From positions 38,035-102,034 of the forward strand of contig JAUCBJ010006375.1 of NCBI GenBank assembly GCA_032718475.1: a stretch of 64,000 bases of DNA. Reading direction: 5' to 3'. The translations under genes and the position numbers were made by a program. The notes beneath the pieces were generated by a model. It searched no databases, was not told the DNA's origin, and saw only the letters and a program-made list of their open reading frames with translations. Origin of the DNA: Nemertoderma westbladi (lineage: Eukaryota > Animalia > Xenacoelomorpha). Below, in pieces: positions 39,701-48,290 of the stretch; the stretch's first letter is position 1; every line of letters begins with the position of its first letter.

Positions 39701-42700
39701 GTAGTGCGAAATTAATTCAACACAATATAATAAATTACCATTATGTATGGTGAGCTTTGAGCTATAATGGTCAGATAAGTCAAATTGTCTTTTGAATTGT
39801 TGTTAGCGTATGAAGTAATAAATTTCATTCACAATAATAGTAATAATAATATAACCAATACACAATAATATGACCAATACAATAATGATATGACCAATAC
39901 AATAGTGAGGCCTCAACCATCGACCAATCCAACACACACAATTATTGCTCTATTTCTATTTGTAATTATCACCATCCACAGACAACAGCTCAGCTCTTTG
40001 TTTTTGATTTAGAAGGTCAATTTCAAAACCAAATCACGGCACTGAACCAATCAAAATGGGTCAGCTGTTAGTTTGTCCAGATTAAGTAATTGACTGTATT
40101 ATATTCAGCCAGCAGTTACACCTTGATCAGTTTATAGTGGTACCGTACCGTATTTGATTGAGTTCATGTATTGGTTGCACAAACCCTTTTTGCTTTTGCA
40201 GTGACTGTCATTTCATAACATTTAGGGCTACAGTTCAAGATTTACCAACTCTATAACAAGTAATAATATTATAGATCTGTAGACAGGTAGATGGAGACCA
40301 TGATCAATTCCAGCTGCTGTGTCGGCGAATTGCGCGCATTCCCGGTGGTTAGTTCCGGAATAGAATCTTTGACCCATTACAGGAGGAAGTCCCACGATTA
40401 CTGGGGGCTGAATGGGCTCCTCGGAGCTCTAGGGATGGCCGTGGACCTTGGCGTCAAGGTATCGCGCCCGTTGTTATCCCGCCCCGTGGCGGCTATCGAT
40501 CGCTACACCGGCAAACAGGTCAGTCGACTCGGCCACGCGGTGCCGGTGCTCACCCAATCCGGGGACTGTATAGTGGCTACCGGTCGGACCGCAGCCGAGG
40601 CGCGCATCCGCGGGGCCCTGCGGACCCGGGTCGGTCGGGGGTTCCTCGGCGTCGTAGAGTCGCTGCTCACCGTCTCGGAGACAGCCCTCGACGCCGCCGA
40701 CGGAGCCCGGAAGAACGGAGAAGATAAACCCGAACAAACCGAGTCGGATAACAGCGATACGGAGAGTGGGGCTGTCCCGGTCCCACGGGACTCCATCCGA
40801 CTCCGGATCCACCGATGCGTCGTCGTTATCCCGCTGACCCTCTGGGTTCGTCTACTCCGTCGACTGTACCGTAACCTCCTCGGGCTGTCCGGAGTTCTCC
40901 CGCCGGTACTTCCGTCGGTTCTCCTCTCCGATCCCTCCCTCCCGGGTCGTGCGATCCGCTACGTCCAGGAACTCCGACTCGTCTCGGCGGCGTTGTTCGT
41001 CGCCGAGTTGACCACCGGGAGATCCTTCCGGTATGGTGAGGAGGAACCCTCGACGCCGAATCACGATCAATCCGACGAGTCAGACATCGAAGACGAAGAG
41101 GATCCCTTCGATCTCGCGAACTACAACGATGAAGATGACGAAGATTACGTGCCGAAACCGGAAGAATCGTCGGGAGGATCTGAAGATTCTATTATGGACG
41201 ACTCGGATTACGAGAAGGAGTTAGAGGAACTGCAGAAGGAAGCGATGGAATTCTCAAACATGGAATCCCTGAGGAAGGTGATGGCGGAACAAGTTGATGA
41301 CGTCACACACACGGAACATGATGTCGAGGATATAGGCCTAGAAGACAAACAGGACGATACTGAGATGGTAGACCCAGTTGCTGAGGATATCGTAGACCCA
41401 GTTGCAGGGGATATCGAACCACCCGACCTCGAAGGACGATTAAATAACCAACTATCCTAATCCACAGTAACTGATGGCTGGAGGTAAATTAATTTACCAT
41501 TTATTTTGTGCTCAACTTATCTCAATGTTTCTGCTGCAAACTGTTGTGAACACCTCTATACTCATTCATTGTGTAGCAGGTAGCACTACACTCATTCAGT
41601 GTGTAACACCTAGCCTACACTCATTCGTTGTGTAACACCTAGACTCATTCGTTGTGTAACACCTATACTCATTCGTTGTGTAACACCTAGACTCATTCGT
41701 TGTGTAACACCTAGACTCATTCGTTGTGTAACACCTAGACTCATTCGTTGTGTAACACCTATACTCATTCGTTGTGTTACACTCAGCACCTTCACTATAT
41801 TATTTGTGCTTATTAATATCATTTCCACCCACTTACATTTATTTAAGTCCATTATTTATTTTCATAGATACGGTATGTAAATGTAATATAAACTCAATGG
41901 CAATGTCGTTATTTAGTCGATATTTTTCTGCTTGACTTTATTAGATTAATTATTGTGTTGATATGGTGTGATTATAATTATATTAGATATTTGTACCTGT
42001 TGGTATACATTCGTTCAGGTGTTCTATGCTCTATTAATAAATTAGTTTTACTAAATAAAATCTATTAAATTCATATTGTTAATTAAATTCTTCAGTTCAA
42101 ATCATTATCATTTTAGAGATGCGAGGTGGTTGAATATTAGTTTAGATAAAATACAATCTCTTTACTCACATTTAATGCAATCTCTTTATCCAAAATTGAT
42201 AGTTTAACGATATAAGGGTTCGATGCCTCCCGCTTACTGTAGTTGATAAGGAGTATTAGTAAGAGGACAGCCTGGAACCCATGTTCCAACCTTATAACCG
42301 AGTGACACAACGTTTCTATACAAGTCTCGAAGACAACATTGTAAATCATAAGATATTCCAAAAGTCCATTTTGTCCGATATTATCAACAGCCTAAAAAAA
42401 TATATAAGTTTCAGTAATAAATACACACGTAATACAATACAATTCCACACAGATAGGATCATTGGCCTAACTCATGAAAAATAAGTAAAGTTATTGGATG
42501 AAACCCCAAAGGCGCTTTAAATTTAGTCTTGGTAATGGTAAGGTAGATGAAAGCTCATATCGCAGCTCGGTGCAGCACACCTTGGTGGAAGCTCATATAG
42601 CAGCTCGGTGCAGTAGAACTTGGTGGAAGCTCATATAGCAGCTCGGTGCAGCACACCTTGATGGAAACTCATATCGCAGCTCGGTGCAGCACACCTTGGT

Positions 42701-45700
42701 GGAAGCTCATATCGCAGCTCGGTGCAGTAGACCTTGGTGGAAGCTCATATAGCAGCTCGGTGCAGCACCCTTGATGGAAACTCATATCGCAGCTCGGTGC
42801 AGCACACCTTGGTGGAAGCTCATATCGCAGCTCGGTGCAGTAGACCTTGGTGGAAGCTCATATCGCAGCTCGGTGCAGCAGACCTTGGTGGAAGCTCATA
42901 TCGCAGCTCGGTGCAGCAGACCTTGGTGGAAGCTCATATCGCAGCTCGGTGCAGTAGACCTTGGTGGAAGCTCATATCGCAGCTCGGTGCAGCACCCTTG
43001 ATGGAAACTCATATCGCAGCTCGGTGCAGCACACCTTGGTGGAAGCTCATATCGCAGCTCGGTGCAGCAGACCTTGGTGGAAGCTCATATCGCAGCTCGG
43101 TGCAGCAGACCTTGGTGGAAGCTCATATCGCAGCTCGGTGCAGTAGACCTTGGTGGAAGCTCATATAGCAGCTCGGTGCAGCACCCTTGATGGAAACTCA
43201 TATCGCAGCTCGGTGCAGCACACCTTGGTGGAAGCTCATATCGCAGCTCGGTGCAGTAGACCTTGGTGGAAGCTCATATCGCAGCTCGGTGCAGCACACC
43301 TTGGTGGAAGCTCATATCGCAGCTCGGTGCAGTAGACCTTGGTGGAAGCTCATATAGCAGCTCGGTGCAGCACCCTTGATGGAAACTCATATCGCAGCTC
43401 GGTGCAGCAGACCTTGGTGGAAGCTCATATCGCAGCTCGGAGCAGCACACCTTGGTGAAAGCCCATATCGCAGCTCGGTGCAGCAGACCTTGGTGGAAGC
43501 TCATATCGCAGCTCGGTGCAGCAGACCTTGGTGGAAGCTCATATCGCAGCTCGGTGCAGCAGACCTTGGTGGAAGCTCATTTCGCAGGTCGGTGCAGCAG
43601 ACCTTTGTGGAAGCTCATATCGCAGTTCAGTGCAGCAGACCTTGGTGGAAGCTCATATCGCAGCTCGGTACAGACAGTCCTTGGTGGAAGCTCATATCGC
43701 AGCTCTGTGCAGTAGACCTTGGTGGAAGCTCATATCGCAGCTCGGAGCAGCACACCTTGGTGAAAGCCCATATCGCAGCTCGGTGCAGCAGACCTTGGTG
43801 GAAGCTCATATCGCAGCTCGGTGCAGCAGACCTTGGTGGAAGCTCATATCGCAGCTCGGTGCAGCAGACCTTGGTGGAAGCTCATATCGCAGGTCGGTGC
43901 AGCAGATCAAATCAAATCCAAGCGAGTCAAATTATAGTTATAATAATATAGTTATTGTAATTATAGTTACAGTTCTTCCACCCTATTTTTAAAGTGTGAA
44001 TTTCAATAATTCAACAGTCGCACCACAAATATTATTAGCTCAATTGGTTGAGCGCCAGGCCTGCAATCTAATGGTTGTAGGTTCAGCCCCGCCAGGGTCC
44101 ACTAAGCCTTTCATCCACTGGGGTCGATAAAATGAGTAGTAGTGCAAGTGCCAGAAACATTACTCGGAGTTTATAAATATGTTACAGATGGAAGAGAATC
44201 ACCGTATTGGTATACTGTGATTCCAATAACCTAAATGTAAATACATCCAAAACAAAGGCGATGAAGTTCCGACGCGGTGGTCATCTGGCGAGATCTGACC
44301 AGTTGCATTATAAGGGATCCAAAATAGAGTTTGTCAACACATTTAATTACCTTGGTGTCACACTCACTACAAAAAACGTATCAAGTGGCCATTTCAAAGA
44401 AAAATACAAAAAAGGTATAGCCTGCTGCATGATGCTATCGACAAAAGTGAAACTAACCTGCACCAACGCTACCACCGCTAGGAAGCTCTGGGCTGCTATA
44501 ATTCTCCCTGCTATTACCTATGGGTGCAGCGTGTTTACATCAGACCCCTTGGAAGAACTCGACCACGTCGCTAAAGTAAGGGCGTTCTACTGGTAACTGT
44601 GGTGTGGGGTGTCGAAATTTCCTCCTCTGCAGCCATTCTAAGCGCAGTTGACCGGGCAACGACCTCTGGTTGTAATGAGATCAACATTAACAACCTAACG
44701 GGTCACCGCCGTCGCGCCGCTGCACTCTTTATATCTAATGGTTTCCATCACAAATTCTGCACGAGCAAGTGTTGGCGTCCTACACCCGATTGCGTCTGCT
44801 CTCTGTGTGCCAAGCAGTGCACAGACAAACATCACTTAAACAAGTGCTGCAAAGTACCACGTCTCGACTGCGAGATCCTTTTATCCGGTTATGTGCCTTT
44901 CTTTCTTTTTTATCTAATTCTAATACAATACATCGTTCTCTACTTTTACTGTAAGTGCAACTAAAATTATATTCTTTAATTCTTCATAATTATTCCATGT
45001 GGAAAATATACGCCCCATTTGATTAGTTATAGTTCTACTCGCTACTTACCGTCACTATCGTCAGCATCAGATTGAAGGCATTGACTTTAACAGCCTTGGG
45101 ATTATCATCGACAATAAGTCGATGTACGTTGGTAACTAAAGTTTGCATAACGAGTTCGGCGTTATCGAATCCGATAAGAACGTCGATAATATCGAATGAT
45201 GTTGTGAGTTCTCGCTTAGAGTGGACGCAACGTATAAACACAGTTAACGTCTATATGGAAGTAAAAGTACAGCGTGTTAATAGTGAGCGTTAGTCGCACT
45301 TAAAGTATAAAGGCGACAAGATTAGATAGGCGTACCTAATACTACCTCCATTTACGTGCTGCGCGAAGTTCCTTATAACAGCCAACCCCACCCGCTCCTG
45401 TAAATCAAAATGTAATTCATTATTGATATAAACACGACTAAGTTATGCCGATAAAATTAAAAAATATACCTCATTTCTGTACTGAAACTGAATTGCAAGA
45501 AGTTGTCCTTATACTACAAACAAAACACTGTTCTCTAAACTAATACTGAAATAGACACACCTGCATGGCGTTATTAGACCGAATACTGTGACCCTTCCTG
45601 TTCTCCTTCAAGGTGCTAACACATTGGTGAAAGAGTTTGTTGATGTTACCTTTAAGGTTGATTAGCTGTTCAGCTGATAGCTTATTGAACTGGTCTTCTA

Positions 45701-46398
45701 TTGTGGAAACATTGACCCGAATGAGAAACAACTCCTGCCAGAAATTAGGGTTCTTTCTCGAAGAATCTTTCCCCTGTAATTTAGTATAAGACAGAAAGTT
45801 TAAACAGCTGATGCATAAGTATCGCTATTATTGTAACTGGGATAGTCATATCTGGTAAACAGACCACGTTAGGTATCGGATTTCACTTTCTAGGAACTGA
45901 ATTGTACATATTGTCCCCCTGTTTTCGAACATGTTGTTACTTATAGTATTTGTTACTCTTAGTTACTGTAAGTTTTTTATTATTAATCTGTCATATGAAA
46001 ATGACATACATATTAATTTGTAGCCAGATAGATAATAGTTAGATCAGCAGAGACGATTACACCATCCATCACTCTACTACCGGGAGATTCTACAGCAATT
46101 ATATCAATAAACAGCGCAGATATGAGAGGGACTCTACGCAATGAAAATACATCCGTCGCCAGGGGAAACTTCAACCTGGTTCTATTGACTTGTTTTGTTA
46201 GAATAACGTGCAACTGTAACCTGCTTGCTTATTTCCCTTCTGCCCTTACAATTGATTACAATTGATTACTGTTAACCCAGTAACCACACATACAACAAAA
46301 TACCAGTACAGGCAGACAGGTAGGCCTACCTTAAAGAATTCTTCGTAAATAAGAGAGAGTTTAGATTTCGGTGGAACTTTCTCCTGGTTTTTATCCAT
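18498..46398 (-). CDS. ARMH3: Armadillo-like helical domain-containing protein 3 (ARMH3/C10orf76), 3'-incomplete; exons 46330-46398, 45561-45773, 45050-45250, 42170-42391, 37836-38066, 37317-37619, 36028-36327, 18498-18715
   Basis: Spliced translation is colinear with ARMH3 motifs: [111 protein letters not shown]. All junctions are GT-AG and frame-consistent. The terminal exon(s) (NHFNPKI../YDTLTLKL..) were not found in the window. Confidence 0.93.
19955..20085. repeat. ~43-bp tandem repeat x3
   Basis: CTGGTATGCAAGAACTCAACCACTTAGCCCAATCCAACTATTG units. Confidence 0.85.
20765..21120. repeat. Repeat B; inverted copy B' at 32478-32822
   Basis: TTTAAACGAACCTGCCCCTCAAACCAGTACC...GGTTACTCACTGCTATGTTAG.TGGGAGG matches the reverse complement of 32478-32822. 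Confidence 0.88.
21780..24800 (-). mobile_element. Degenerate 3' portion of a CR1/L2-clade LINE ORF2, split by a DNA transposon
   Basis: 24416-24694 QNKIIRVV...HAEPLFKYLKVLKLQD...HSYPTRNA; continuation at ~21800-21920 reads YQGPTLWNELPTDIKQCTSLPQFKTKIK in a minus frame. Confidence 0.7.
21952..24400 (-). mobile_element. Internally deleted Academ-like DNA transposon with ~37-bp TIRs and transposase remnant (22658-23167)
   Basis: TIRs TACCCGGGAAAAAATGTTACCAAGCTATATTTGGTAT / ATACCAAATTTGGCTTGGTAACATTTTTTTCTGGGTA; frameshifted peptide RAER..DWNTHL..FAATGHFNYAKSARLYLQ..RSDRY..LWTDLIFEQ..MMRSIKSRGGLTRGR, which I recognise as Academ-type transposase. No clear TSD. Confidence 0.75.
24844..25356. repeat. 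Repeat A (~510 bp, DNA-transposon-like); inverted copy A' at 31943-32453
   Basis: GACCCAACTAACACTACGTTTGTCTATATGGACGG...ACTACCCTGGCCTATTAATA is colinear with the reverse complement of 31943-32453. Confidence 0.9.
26004..27353 (-). CDS. SNRNP35: U11/U12 snRNP 35 kDa protein (RRM) with expanded R/G/D/K heptad tail; intronless CDS
   Basis: [78 protein letters not shown] are SNRNP35 signatures. Confidence 0.93.
   Translation of the reverse strand: [449 protein letters not shown]
27803..28002. repeat. 100-bp tandem duplication x2
   Basis: GTCCTCCAGAAATTTACCG at 27821 and 27921. Confidence 0.93.
28052..29220. mobile_element. Non-autonomous Mutator(MULE)-like element, long TIRs with CTACGCGTAG palindromic subrepeats
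   Basis: TIR GGGTAAATCTTTTCGACCTACGCGTAGGCCTACGCGTAGCTACGCGTAG at both ends; 9-bp direct repeat CAGATGTAG at 28043-28051 and 29221-29229. Confidence 0.85.
29838..30578 (+). CDS. PSMB1: Proteasome subunit beta type-1 (beta-6), intronless CDS
   Basis: [77 protein letters not shown], C-terminal LRKD; AATAAA at 30674-30679. Confidence 0.96.
   Translation: [246 protein letters not shown]
31943..32822. repeat. Contiguous A'+B' block, inverted copy of 24844-25356 and 20765-21120
   Basis: Reverse-complement matches read by eye; A' and B' are separated by only ~25 bp. Confidence 0.88.
33055..35150. repeat. GC-rich 34-bp satellite (CCCCAAGTGTGAAGCAGAACCCCCACGGCATCCG) with 35/39-bp variants and 841-bp higher-order duplication
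   Basis: Direct reading; rare variants recur at 33412/34253 and 33761/34602. Confidence 0.96.
35659..36007. repeat. 44-bp perfect tandem repeat x8
   Basis: TTGCCAAACTTGTCGGCATACTCTGATACTGTCGGTTTGCGATT. Confidence 0.96.
36028..36327 (-). CDS. ARMH3: ARMH3 exon 7
   Basis: TTTCAG acceptor, 100 codons PMRHRK...NNLFILASQ, donor GTTGGT. Confidence 0.92.
36588..37218. mobile_element. Element C', inverted copy of 17185-17814
   Basis: Begins TAATAACTATTTACATACTTGTGTGTAAAGT, ends GAGTAATGTTACAATTTTGGAAT. Confidence 0.85.
37317..37619 (-). CDS. ARMH3: ARMH3 exon 6
   Basis: CACAG acceptor, 101 codons SHTGTP...NLLATFLRYSS...FRVPLYRA, donor GTTAGT. Confidence 0.9.
37836..38066 (-). CDS. ARMH3: ARMH3 exon 5
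   Basis: CCAG acceptor, 77 codons GLGHVIS...[16 protein letters not shown], donor GTAAGT. Confidence 0.9.
38252..38540. mobile_element. MITE copy 2 (family of 1556-1810)
   Basis: G-run ACTGGACGCAAATCCCATCTTGGCGAAGTAATATCCCGCCTCAATG ... C-run TATCTG. Confidence 0.75.
38718..39523. mobile_element. Non-autonomous element with T(G/A)ATAACTATTTAC(A/G)TCATTG inverted termini, related to element C
   Basis: Left TAACTATTTACATCATTGTGTGCAAAGTAGCACTTT, right CAATGACGTAAATAGTTATTA. Confidence 0.6.
40291..41460 (+). CDS. Perilipin (PAT-domain)-like protein with acidic C-terminal tail, intronless CDS
   Basis: 389-aa GC-rich ORF. The N-terminus VGELRAFPVVSSGIESL..Y..K...RPVAAIDRY...VSRLGHAVPVLTQ follows the PAT-domain pattern; RTRVGRGFLGVVESLLTVSETALD resembles the perilipin helical-bundle start. 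Coding status is strong, family call moderate. Confidence 0.7.
   Translation: METMINSSCCVGELRAFPVVSSGIESLTHYRRKSHDYWGLNGLLGALGMAVDLGVKVSRPLLSRPVAAIDRYTGKQVSRLGHAVPVLTQSGDCIVATGRTAAEARIRGALRTRVGRGFLGVVESLLTVSETALDAADGARKNGEDKPEQTESDNSDTESGAVPVPRDSIRLRIHRCVVVIPLTLWVRLLRRLYRNLLGLSGVLPPVLPSVLLSDPSLPGRAIRYVQELRLVSAALFVAELTTGRSFRYGEEEPSTPNHDQSDESDIEDEEDPFDLANYNDEDDEDYVPKPEESSGGSEDSIMDDSDYEKELEELQKEAMEFSNMESLRKVMAEQVDDVTHTEHDVEDIGLEDKQDDTEMVDPVAEDIVDPVAGDIEPPDLEGRLNNQLS
41550..41780. repeat. 24-bp tandem repeat (ACACCTAGACTCATTCGTTGTGTA) just 3' of the perilipin-like stop
   Basis: Direct reading, ~9 copies. Confidence 0.92.
42170..42391 (-). CDS. ARMH3: ARMH3 exon 4
   Basis: TTTTTAG acceptor, 74 codons AVDNIGQNGLLEYLM...[17 protein letters not shown], donor GTGAGT. 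Confidence 0.9.
42550..43905. repeat. 38-bp satellite (CCTTGGTGGAAGCTCATATCGCAGCTCGGTGCAGCAGA), ~36 copies
   Basis: Direct reading. Confidence 0.96.
44034..44155 (+). mobile_element. tRNA-derived SINE fragment (tRNA-like head plus conserved central domain)
   Basis: A-box TAGCTCAATTGG, CTGCAAT loop, B-box-like GGTTCAGCCCC, then CACTAAGCCTTTCATCC..GGTCGATAAAATGAGTA, resembling the core I recall for Meta-type SINEs; no acceptor stem, so not a tRNA gene. Confidence 0.7.
44190..44965 (+). mobile_element. 5'-truncated LINE ORF2 (RT thumb and C-terminal Cys/His region), degenerate
   Basis: YCDSNNLNVNTSKTKAMKFRRGG...IEFVNTFNYLGVTL...IILPAITYG; NGFHHKFC..C.CSLC....DKHH. Confidence 0.8.
45050..45250 (-). 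CDS. ARMH3: ARMH3 exon 3
   Basis: TAG acceptor, 67 codons TLTVFIRCVH...LMLTIVT, donor GTAAGT. Confidence 0.9.
45561..45773 (-). CDS. ARMH3: ARMH3 exon 2
   Basis: TTACAG acceptor, 71 codons [21 protein letters not shown]...NNAMQ, donor GTGTGT. Confidence 0.9.
46330..46398 (-). CDS. ARMH3: ARMH3 exon 1 (MDKNQEKVPPKSKLSLIYEEFFK)
   Basis: ATG at 46398, 23 codons, donor GTAGGC; resembles the ARMH3 N-terminal K-V-V-L-M-Y-D-E-I-F motif. Confidence 0.8.
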
Positions 46399-46835
46399 TT
46401 CAATGTTTCCCAGAAGAGGCACGGTAGTGCAGTAGTTGGTAGTGTACGCGAGATAATTTTGTCCTATATCTATATCCACTTGTCTGCTTGTAATTGCAAA
46501 TATAAACAATAGGGAATTGTACCTAATCTGCAACTACCAGCACACCACAGCACTAGGCCTACCGTAACGGCGTAACCTACTCTGCTACTGCCGTAACCTA
46601 ACCATAGGCATAACTGAATGATAACGGTACGCTATACCAGTCAGCCAGTACTGCAGTACAAAGCAGCTACAGCACTTAATTACAAGACCATTTGATTAGG
46701 ACAACACTAGGCCTACACAAGTAAAACATTCCGGCAGATACAGTATGCCTTTATTTCACTGAACCTTGCATGTGAGTATATTATAGCACTGTAAGTGATT
46801 TTGTGTCTATTTTGCTAGAAATATTATTGTGATCA

Positions 46836-47240
46836 CACATCGGGGGAGACTTTCGACGCAATAAAAATTAATCCCTCTCCAGGGGAAATTCGACGCAAAA
46901 AGCAGCTGATTACTCAAAAACATAAAACTGTAACCTTTTCTATTGAAATTGAAATTGTTTAATTGACATCAAATAAGGTTAAAGTAAATCTGCATAATCA
47001 AACATTACTGGTAAAAACAAGATAATCCATTATCCAGTAGTTATAAGTTACAAAGAAATTGAGACAGTTAGTTAAGCTATAGTGTAAGTGTTTTGTCAAA
47101 GTGCATTTTTTTTCTAGATGGTGGTCAGAGTGTGACTTTAGTTTATTGTTTTGGTTACAATAAAATGCCACTGTAACCTGCTCCTTTCCCTTAATTGATA
47201 ATATATAAAATTGAGACGAGATATTAATTCACCTAGATGG
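46836..47240. mobile_element. MITE copy 3 (inverted, interrupted; family of 1556-1810)
   Basis: GCAATAAAAATTAATCCCTCTCCAGGGGAAATTCGACGCAA..AAAACTGTAACC and GCCACTGTAACCTGCTCCTTTCCC are reverse complements of copies 1 and 2. Confidence 0.65.
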
Positions 47241-47635
47241 GATTTACGACCCATGGCGCACTTTTATCATCACAATTTCCATTTCAATCCTACACCTCAC
47301 ATATTTTTGCTGGAGACTATTATATACTGTATAAAGTTAGTTATTCAATGTACTTGGTTGGAGGTTGAAATTAGTCATCCATCATTGCTATTTTGGAATG
47401 GAAGTAGTTCATACATTACTTCTTTAATCATATTTTCACGTAGCTATTCATACAATGACAAAAAGTTCCAGAATATGGTGTATTTATTAAATAATCAATA
47501 ATAAAATAGCCTCGAGCCGTTGTAAAACCATATGCAACATTTGAACGCTCATATCTCAGCTATTCGTCAACGAAATTCAGATTGTGTTAAATATTTGTAA
47601 TCCTTGCAGGGCGAGCGTTCCAGTGGAACCAACAA

Positions 47636-48290
47636 ATATACCTCTGTGTGTGAGTGTATACCTCTGTGTGTGAGTGTATACCTCTGTGTGTGAGTGTATA
47701 GGCCCATAAGGGTCACCCTATACGTGCGTGCAAACAAATGAAATTTGATTATTGGAGGGTAATTTAAATAGGCCTATCTTGTTTTTACCTACTGCCAGGG
47801 CCTTCGTATTACTGTACTGATACTGAATTAACTGTACCGGTACCTACTGCTGTACTAATACCTACTGACAGACTGACCTATTGGATTCCATACAGGACTC
47901 AGGTACTGCAGTATTAGTCTGTATTAGTGTAATAGTATTAGTGTAATACAGTAATATCCAATAAGTCAGTACTGCAGTAGGTACCGGTACAGTTAATTCA
48001 GTAGTAGGTAAAAACAAGATATTTAAATTACCCTCCAATAATCAAATGTCATTTGTGTGCGCACGTAAAGGGTGACCCTTATGGGCCTATACACTCACAC
48101 ACAGAGGTATACACTCACACACAGAGGTATACACTCACACACAGAGGTATACACTCACACACAGAGGTAAACACTCACACACAGAGCTATACACTCACAC
48201 ACAGAGGTAAACACTCACATAGACAGCTTTAGCAATTTTTTAGGAATGCACACGCACACGCGAAAGGGTGACCCTTATGGGCTTCCGTAG
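47636..48290. mobile_element. Fold-back element with long inverted arms and 20-bp tandem subrepeats
   Basis: (CCTCTGTGTGTGAGTGTATA)3-GGCCCATAAGGGTCACCC..ATTATTGGAGGGTAATTTAAATA is mirrored at ~47965-48220. Confidence 0.75.

Noticed and set aside
42734-43992. Multiple ORFs with VEAHIAARCS repeats
   Set aside because: 38-bp satellite artefacts
44034-44105. Possible tRNA-Cys(GCA) gene
   Set aside because: No acceptor-stem pairing or terminator; followed by a SINE-like core
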